From Camelus dromedarius (taxonomy: Eukaryota): a DNA stretch of 64,000 nucleotides. The DNA lies in assembly GCF_036321535.1 (NCBI RefSeq), contig NC_087437.1, positions 27,220,001-27,284,000 of the forward strand. Reading direction: 5' to 3'. Both the position numbers and the translations under genes were made by a program. Shown here piece after piece: positions 55,845 to 64,000 of this stretch (position 1 is the first letter of the stretch; every line of letters begins with the position of its first letter). The notes under the pieces were generated by a model that worked only from the letters and a program-made list of their open reading frames with translations, was not told the origin of the DNA and made no database searches.

Positions 55845-56180
55845 GGGTTCAGTAAAAATATTTTGAGTATTTCCTGTGGGTCAGGCACCTGGAGATGTCA
55901 AGGTGAATAAGATGTAGTTCCTGCTCTCTCCAGTGGAGGAAACAGACACACAGGGAGCGGAAAATGCTGGGGGACAGTGGCTCATGGGGCTGTGGGAGCA
56001 CAGGGGACACATAGGAGAACAGAGTGGTAAGGAGCATCGCCTCTAGGCCCCTGCTGCTTTAGTTTTGAATCATAGTTTGACCTCTTACTAGCTGTATGGC
56101 CTTGGACAAGTTATTTAACCTCTCTGTGCCTCAGTTTATTCATCTGTGAAATGGAGATAGTATCATATCTTTCCCATATT
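55845..56180. mobile_element. L2 3' end (minus) followed by MIR (plus)
   Basis: ttcagtaaaaatatttttgag..tcaggcac; ccttggacaagttatttaacctctctgtgcctcagttt. Confidence 0.7.
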
Positions 56181-57887
56181 GAGACTTCTAAACTATGAAA
56201 ATGGTGTATCACTCTACTTATGTAGACCTTTTTTTCTTCTCTTGTTTAATCCTTAAAAGTAGAATCAAATGATACGGTTATTTTATAAACTTCTGCTACA
56301 TATTGCCAAATTTTATTATTGTTTGTGAACATCCTTTGCCTAGCCTTTCTGACCCCTTTTATTCCTAAGTTGGAATTCATGGTCCCATTCTTTTCAATAA
56401 AGAAAGTGCTGTCTTTACTGTCTCTCTCTTTTCAGTTAGATGTTGATAAGGGTTCTATAAATGGAAAGGGCTGGTTTCTGGAATACACCAGGAGTTGAGA
56501 ATGTGATTCAGCAACCACCACTCTCCTGGGCATTTTGTCAACAGACTTAAAAGCAGGAGCCTGAATATAAGACGTAGGGTGGAAAGAAAAGGTGGGATTG
56601 GAGGACCCTGGGCCAGATCTGGAGAGATAGGGCAGGGGAGGGGTACAGAAATGCAGAATCTGGGGTTGTACTCTTCACTTTTTAATACCTTTGCTCCCAC
56701 CCTATGGCACATGAAGTCACCTAAAACTCCTGTCCAAAGACTACCCCTGATGCATCAAAAAGTTGGGACTGAACACGGGGTCTCTTGAAGCAATGGGTCT
56801 GCAGCAGCAAAAAGAAAGAGTAAGTACGAAGCAGGGGCCATGGGGGAAGAAGGAAGTTTTGCAGCCATGCAGTGGGGCAGGGGGCGACGGGGCAGAGCCT
56901 GAAATCATTTACCTATAAAGGAAATGCACTACATAAGTGCAAAAGCCTGTGCCTGACTCCACTTACTTTCTTTATTGATAACTAAAAATAAAAATTATAC
57001 CAATGATTTAATAAGAAAAGCTAGTTTGAATTCAAAACTTGGAAATTAACATGCAAGCCTTTATTGTTATTACCATTTGCTCTAGTTTCCCAGAAAACTA
57101 TGACTGATCTTTACAGTCATTTACTTAATTGAGCCTTAGAGTCAACTTTGGCTTGCAGGCATTTTGACCAGCTTGCAGAATTATCCCCAACCTTTCTTCT
57201 TGCTTTTTTCACATGACACCAAACAGAAATCTGGAAGCAGAATTTTAGAGCCTTTTGATTTTTCTTCTTAAACCAAATCTCGTTAGTGTTTAATTAACCT
57301 TACCCCTGGAAAGCTCTTCCTTAGGATTAAATTAAATCCTTTATGCTTTAATTATCATTCATTTTCTTTACTTCTTCTTTCTGTGAAGATGGAAATTTCC
57401 TGATGATAGTCCTTCCTTAAAGAATTCTACCAATCCATTGGAAACTAGAAGATAGCTAACATATTCCCCTTTTGTTCTTTGGTGGTGTGGTAAGGAAGAG
57501 AAAGAGGGCGTCAGGCCCAGGCTCAGATCCCAGGGCTTCCCCCATGGCTGTCACCTTGGACAAGTTATTTAGTTTCTCTGAGCTTTACTTTCTGTATTTC
57601 CTTTGACTTACATCATAGAATCATAATGAATATTTCTTATGTGAAAACTTCTAACCTTTAACCAGTGTTTTGCCTCTTACATATTAAAAATTCTCCTCCG
57701 AAAGTTTTACCTTTTCCTGCCTTTCTGTATTTTAGGGGTGGCAACACAGGCCAGGGATAAGCTAGAAGTCAAAAGTCCTAAAGGTTGGTCCTGACTCAGT
57801 CCCTCAGTCCCTGGCCATGTGGTCTTTGGTTGGTCACTTGGTCACTGGTGTGGGCCCCAGTCATCATCTGAAAGGCCTTAAAGACCA

Positions 57888-58670
57888 GTGTAGTATAATG
57901 GGAAATACATATCTGATCTTTGTCCCCAGCTCCTGGCACAGAATTCCTAAAACCCTTGAAATTTCCTGAGTGATGAGGGCGATAGGACCATCTTTTGTTC
58001 TACTGAGGCTTCGCTGGGCCCCTAGATGGCTTCAGAATGGGGGCTGGTCACCAGAAAAACCAACCTTTGATGAGAAGCCTAGAACTTTCAGTCCTACCCT
58101 CTGATCTCCAGGGAAGGGAGGCAGGCTAGAGATCAAGCTACTCACCTGTAGCCAATGATTAATCAACCATGCCTACGTCATGAAACCTACAGGAAAACCC
58201 CTAAACAGTGGGGCTTGTGGAGCTTCCAAGCTGGCAAACATGTCTATGTGCCAGGAGGGTGGCACACCCCAACTCTACTGGGGTCAGAGACTCCTGCGCT
58301 CAGGACCCTCCTGTCGCCCTGTGTACCTCTTCATCTGACTATTTGTATCCTTTACAATAAACTGGTAAGCATAAGTGAAGTATCTTTCTCAGTCCGTGAG
58401 CCATTCTAACAAATTGCTGAACCTGTGGAGGGGGTTGTGGGAGCCCTCAATTTATAGCTGGTGGCTCTAAAGTATGGATGACCTGATACTTGCTACTGGT
58501 GCCTGAAGTGAGAGCAGTCTGGTGAAACTGACAGCCCTTATACCTGTGAAGTCTAATTCCAGGCAGCAAAGAACTGAGTTTAATTGCAGGACACCTAGTT
58601 GATGTTAGAGAAATAGAAGATTGTTTGGTGTGGGTAGCAAAAACCTCTCATTTGGTGTCAGAAAGAAACT
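57888..58670 (+). mobile_element. MER21-family LTR
   Basis: cctggcacagaattcctaaaacccttgaaatttcctgagtgat...ccaatgattaatcaaccatgcctacgtcatg...catttggtgtcagaa. Confidence 0.82.
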
Positions 58671-59234
58671 GAGAACCAGCATTCAAAGCACATGTCCTGG
58701 AGTCAGATTGGGTGGGAATCTTTGCTTCTCTACTATATTGGTTATCTACTGCTGCATAACAGATTACCACAGACTTAGCTGCTTAAAACAACACCTATTC
58801 ATTATCTCCCAGTTTCTGCCAGGCAGGAGTCCAGGCTTGGTGGGTCATCCTCTGCTCAGGGTCTCACAAGGCTGCAGTCAAGGTGTTGGCCAGGCCCTGA
58901 GTTCTCATCTAGGCTCAGGATCCTCTTCTAAGCTTATAGAGTTGTTGGCAGAATTCATTTCCTTGTGGCTACAGAAGCTGTTTCTTTAAAACCAATGGGA
59001 AAAGGGCAGTCTCTGCTGCTTTAAGTCTCTGATCTTGGGGGGAAAGCTAAGCTATTTTAGGAAGGACTAACTTGATTAGGTCAGACCCACCCAGAATAAT
59101 CTCATTTTTGATTAACTGTAAGCCAAACTGATTAGGGACCTTAATTACATCTGCAGAATTCTTTCACCTTTGCCATGTAAGGCAACATAATCATGGGAGT
59201 GATATCCCACCACTTTTGCCATAGTCTGTTGGCT

Positions 59235-61019
59235 TTTTCAGATGCTCTCTTTCTTGTGTGAGTTTTGGCAGTTTATGTCTTTCAAGGAATTGGTTAACTT
59301 TGTTATCAAATATGTGAGCATTGAGTTGTTTATAGTATTCCTTTATTAGCCTTTTATTTTAATTTTATTTTACTTTTAAATTTATTGAAATATAGTTGAT
59401 TTATAATATTGTGTTAGTTTCAGGTGTAAGCAGAGTGATTCAGTTATATATATACATATATATATTCTTTTCCAGATTCTGTTCCATTATAGGTGATTAC
59501 AAGATATTGAATATAGTTCCCTATGCTATACAGTTGGTCCTTGTTGTTTATCTGTTCTGTATATAGTAGTTAGTATCTGCACATCCCAAACTCCCAGTTC
59601 ATCCCTCCACACCCTTCTTTCCCCACTAGTAACCATAAGTTTGTTTTCTATGTCAGTGAATCTGTTTCTGCTTTGTAAATAAGTTCATTTGTGTCTTTTT
59701 TGTTTTTTGTTTTTTTTTTTAGATTCCACATATAAATGATATTACGTGGTATTTTCCTTTCTCTTTCTGACTTACTTCACTTAGTGTGACAATCTCCAGG
59801 CCCATCCATGTTGCTGCAAATGACATTATTTTATTCTTTTTTATGGCTGAATAGTATTCCTTTGTATAAATATACCACAATTTCTTTATCCAGTCATCTG
59901 TCAATGGACATTTAGGTTGGTTCCATGTCTTGGCTATTGTCAATAGTGCTGCTATGAACATTGAGGTGCATGTATCGTTTTTGCATTAGAGTTCCCTCTG
60001 GATATATACCCAGAAGTGGGATTGCTGGATCATATGGTAAGTCTGTTTTTAGTTTTTTGCAGAATCTCTATACTGTTTCCCCCCTCTTTCATTTTTGATG
60101 TTAGTCATTAGCAGCCTCTCTTTTTTCTTAGCCTGGCTAGAGGCTTTATTGATTTTATTGATCTCTTCAAAGAACCAGCTTTTTGTTTCATAGATTTTCT
60201 CTATTGATTTCCTGTTCTTAATTTCATTGATTTCTGCTCTAATTTTAGTTATTTATTTTCTTCACCTTACTTTGGATTTGAATTGCTCTTCTTTTTCTAG
60301 TTACCTAAGGTGGAAATTCAGATAAATTGATTTCAGATCTTCCTTACTAATACATATATATATATTTTTTTTCAATGCTGTAAATTTCCCCCTAAGCACT
60401 GCTTTTGCTGCATTCCACAAATTTTGATAAGTTGTGTTTTATTTTCATTTAGTTTAAAATATTTAACTTTTATCTTGAGATTTCTTCTTTGACCCATGTA
60501 CTATGTAGAAGTATGTTATTTGATCTCCACATATTTGGGGATTTCCCAGTTATCATTTTATTATTGATTTCTGGTTTAATTCCATTGTAGTCTAAGAGTA
60601 GACATTGTATAATTTCTATTCTTTTAAATTTTGTAACAACCCTAAGAGTTCAGTTGGTCAACCAGGCAGGTGTGTTTTATGGCCCAGAATGTGGCCTATC
60701 TTGGTGAATGTTCTGTGTGAGCTTGAGAAGAATATATATTCTACTTGCAGTTGGATGAGATATTCTATATGTCAGTTATATCCAGCTGATTGATGGCATT
60801 GTCATGACTGATTTTCCATGTACTGGACCTGCCATTTCTGAGACATGGGTGTTGAAGTCTCCAGCTATAATAGTGGATTCATCTGTCTTTCCTTGCAGTT
60901 CTATCAGTTTTTACCTCATGAAGTTTGATGCTCTGTTGTTAGGCACATACAGGTTAAGAATTGTTATGTGTTCCTGGAGAATTGACCCTTTTATAATTAT
61001 GTAATATCATTCTTTATCG
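59235..61019 (-). mobile_element. Old L1M internal ORF2 fragment (59235-59355, 60079-61019)
   Basis: tttcaaggaattgg..; ctcttcaaagaaccagct; gtgttgaagtctccagctataat; decayed L1 ORF2 antisense sequence. Confidence 0.85.
59356..60078 (-). mobile_element. Younger 5'-truncated L1 nested in the old L1
   Basis: ORF 59719..59961 is the L1 ORF2p end (MFIAALLTIAKTWNQPKCP..WIKKLWYIYT); same family as 22598-23390. Confidence 0.93.
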
Positions 61020-62654
61020 CATATTCTGTTGAAAAGAAGCAAGCCACAAGTCTGCCAACACTCAAGGGGAGGGTATTATACAGAAGTGTGACTTGTTGAG
61101 GGATGACCGTGGGGTGTGTCCATCATATCTAGATACTGGCAGTGATCTTGAGCCAATCATTTCACCTTGAAAAATGGGGATAATAATTTTAATCACCACT
61201 TTGCGTGACTATGAGGATTTATTAATTAATACCCAAGAAACATTTAAAACAGTGGCACATAGCAGGTGTTTATAACTTTTAGCAGCTTCCCTTCAAAATA
61301 GGGACAACAATTCCTGCCTGGTTGACCTCTTAGAGTTGTTACAAAGCTTAGCAAGAATACAAATCTATGTTAACTGAAAAGCACCACACAAATGGGGGTG
61401 GGTTATTGTTTCAGAGTTTGCCTTCTTCATTCTTTTAATAAATGTCATTTTTTGACTACTTACCTATGATTGCACAATGACATAACTGTCTGTTTACATT
61501 TGTTGATGGAAGGAAGTGAAGGCTCTGCATCTATTCATCACGTTGGTGCTGTACCTCTGCCTGCTGAAATATTTTCTGCCTTGTTTTAGAGGCTGCTTAG
61601 GCAATAGAAAGGTCATGGGGCAGCAAGTTATGAGATATGAATTCACTTAATCTGCTGTGTGATCTTATAAAAGTCACTTACCCTCTCTGAGCCTGCAGAA
61701 ATAAAATAAGGGGTTGGACAGCACTAGGTAATGTCTAGATAACCCGGTCAGTGCAAACCTTCTCTGATGTTGGCCTAACTTGTCAGTTCTGCCCAGTTCC
61801 ACCTGCAATCTCTTGACTGATCCATAAACTCTCTTCTGTTTAAAGGCTTTTTCTGTTTTGTAATGCTTTGTGCTCTTTTTCTGGACTTCAGATCATCTAG
61901 TTTTCTCTGGAACCAAGAAAGCACCTTCTGAGACAGCAGAATTCATTCTCAGGAGCATAATTCTAGGAGCCAGCAGCAAAGTAATGCTAACAAAGTCAAA
62001 AGGCAGGCAAAATTAACAGATGCTTCCGGTAATGAACAAGGTGCAGAAAGGTTTTTCATAATGACTGCCTCCATAGAGTATAAATAGGAATGCATCCTTC
62101 CCTCCCGTCTCCCCTCGCACCATCTGTTATTTGTGTCAGGCAGTCAGTAATTGCTGTATGTGACCCTTGTTGTTGGTAACAGGGACAACACTGTACATTG
62201 CAGCTTTCTTTGCTTTCTCCCATCTCCTGGCAGCTGTGGCTATAAGGTTTGTGTCTATCCTAAGATGGTAGATCAGGATTTCCCTGGCTCTTGAAACTAA
62301 ATATAAATAAATCACTCACCCTCCCTATTGGGAAATAAGTTATAAATAACAAGTGGAAGCAATCTTTCATCAGAGAGGCTGTGGTTACTAGGAAACGGGC
62401 ACTGCAGTCAGGCTGTCTATTGTCATTATGTATCCATATGGCGTTGAGTGTAAGCTCTGGTTCTCTGTCTTTGGCCTTACAAATAGTTCTTGAGTATCCT
62501 GTTCTTGCATATTAGAGTATCCTACTCTTTGGTGCGTTTCAGGTGCTAATTTGGCCTCTATCATAAACTTGCTGTGTGACTTTGGATGAATTAATTCACC
62601 TCTCTGGTCCTCAGCTTAATTCTCAGTAAAAGAGATGAGAAGGCTGGGCTAGAT

Positions 62655-62945
62655 GAGGGCTTGGCAAATTGCAGCCCACAAACCAACAAATCTGGTCTGC
62701 CATCTGTTTATGTATGGCCAGCAAGCTAAAAATGGTTTTTACATTTTTAAATGGTTGAAAACAAATTAAAAGAATAACACTATTTCATGGCACAAAATAT
62801 TATACTCTTTCATAGTATACTTTAACAATACGTAATTATATAACATGTAATAATGTACATCATAACATTTGTGAAAGTTATACAAAGTCCAAATTTGTGT
62901 CCATAAATAAAACTTTCCTGGAACATGGCCACACTTATTCGTCAG
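62655..62945 (+). mobile_element. MER58B-like hAT element
   Basis: ttggcaaattgcagccc...agctaaaaatggtttttacatttttaaatggttgaaaa...ggaacatggccacacttattc. Confidence 0.78.
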
Positions 62946-63369
62946 ACGTACAAAGTGATTCATTCTCATCATAGTGCCTTCTCAACCTGGGAAAGAAATT
63001 CAGGCTTTAGGTGAGCCAGGCCTGGGCTGCTGCTTGGAGGAAATCTGGTACTTCCAGTAAGTCCTAATTGCTGCCCTGGCTGATGCATGACCTGAAAAGG
63101 ACTAGAAACATCTCTGCACAAGACAGGATTGGGTGCCAGACTCTGCCCCTGCCCCTGTCTGGGTCAGCCAAGGCCTGAGGACAAGGGTAATGAGCCACAT
63201 GCTTGCCCTGAGAACTGGGGCCTCCAGTGGTTCTGGGCTGAGGCCTCTGCAGGTCTGGTGGAGAGGTGGGGTGTTAGGATGTCCTTGCTGTGACAGAGAC
63301 TCCAAATAACAGTGGCTTAAACAAGTTAAAAGATCATCAGTCTGTCCCATAAAGGTCCAGGTAACCTAT

Positions 63370-64000
63370 ACACTAAAAGAGATGTATCAACTGATTGCAA
63401 TGTATGGAATTTATTTGGATCCTGCATAAAAGTTTGTGAGATGACTGGGAAAATTTAAACACTGTATGTTTGATAATAACAAAGGATGGTATTGTGATCA
63501 TGTTTTTTTAAAAGAGTTCTTATCCTAAGATATATACTAAAATATTTATAGATGAAATGATATGATGTCTGGGATTTGCCTCAAAATAAACCTCCTGGGG
63601 AGGGTTAGAAGTGGATGAGACCATATAGATGAAACAAAATTCGTCAGGAGTTAGTAGTTGAAGATCTGTAATAGGTATATAGGGGTTCATTATATTATTT
63701 TCTCTAATCATTTATATATTTGAAATTTTCTATAATAAAAAGTTAAAAAATAATGTTCATAACTAGTGATTTAAAAAATTTTTTTAAGAATTTAGTCTAT
63801 GAAAAATCTCACACAAGAGCCAAAAATATATAATTACAGTCACTGTGGCTGTGTTTTTGATAGAAAATTTTGGTAAAAAGTTTATGAGAAAAAAAATTCC
63901 TTGGAGAAGAATAATTGTGTTATAAATTGTAAGCATTTAAAAAGTTCAATTACTGGAATACAGTTTATAAGTAATTTCACTATTGATATATAATCATCTA
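63370..64000 (+). mobile_element. Old L1M 3' fragments
   Basis: gatgaaatgatatgatgtctgggatttgcctcaaaata...tgaaattttctataataaaaag. Confidence 0.72.

Larger units (their letters stand above)
58733..61128 (-). mobile_element. MLT1E-like LTR (58733-59231, 61020-61128) split by nested L1s
   Basis: tgctgcataacagattaccac...ttttgccatagtctgttg, resuming as catattctgttgaaaagaagcaagccac..ctcaaggggaggg. Confidence 0.78.

Noticed and set aside
55000..64000. Exons of the expected neighbour CLRN1
   Set aside because: I found no clarin-like coding sequence; the region is mostly repeats.

Overview
Mammalian genomic DNA, very probably camelid (alpaca, llama or camel), judged from six copies of the vic-1-type tRNA-derived SINE and young L1 3' ends. 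The window holds one complete protein-coding gene on the minus strand, MINDY4B (FAM188B2), a MINDY-family pseudo-deubiquitinase, which the ORF track catches only in fragments. I reconstructed 12 coding exons by hand from 53903 down to 23852. All introns are GT-AG, exon phases are consistent, and the CDS is 1377 nt (458 aa plus stop) with no frameshift or premature stop. The residues aligned to the MINDY catalytic Gln, Cys and His are Val139, Arg145 and Asn371. The rest is intron or intergenic DNA dense in L1, L2, MIR, ERVL/MaLR/ERV1 LTRs, hAT and Tigger elements, several of them nested. Gene identity and repeat subfamily names come from my recall of reference sequences, not from a database search, and boundaries of old repeats are approximate. 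I found no prokaryote-type system (CRISPR array, operon) and nothing I can call a new biological system with confidence. The best leads are the intact pseudoenzyme, its shifted exon-3 acceptor, a long alternative reading frame, a SINE-supplied poly(A) signal, a lineage-specific LTR and an intronic palindrome.
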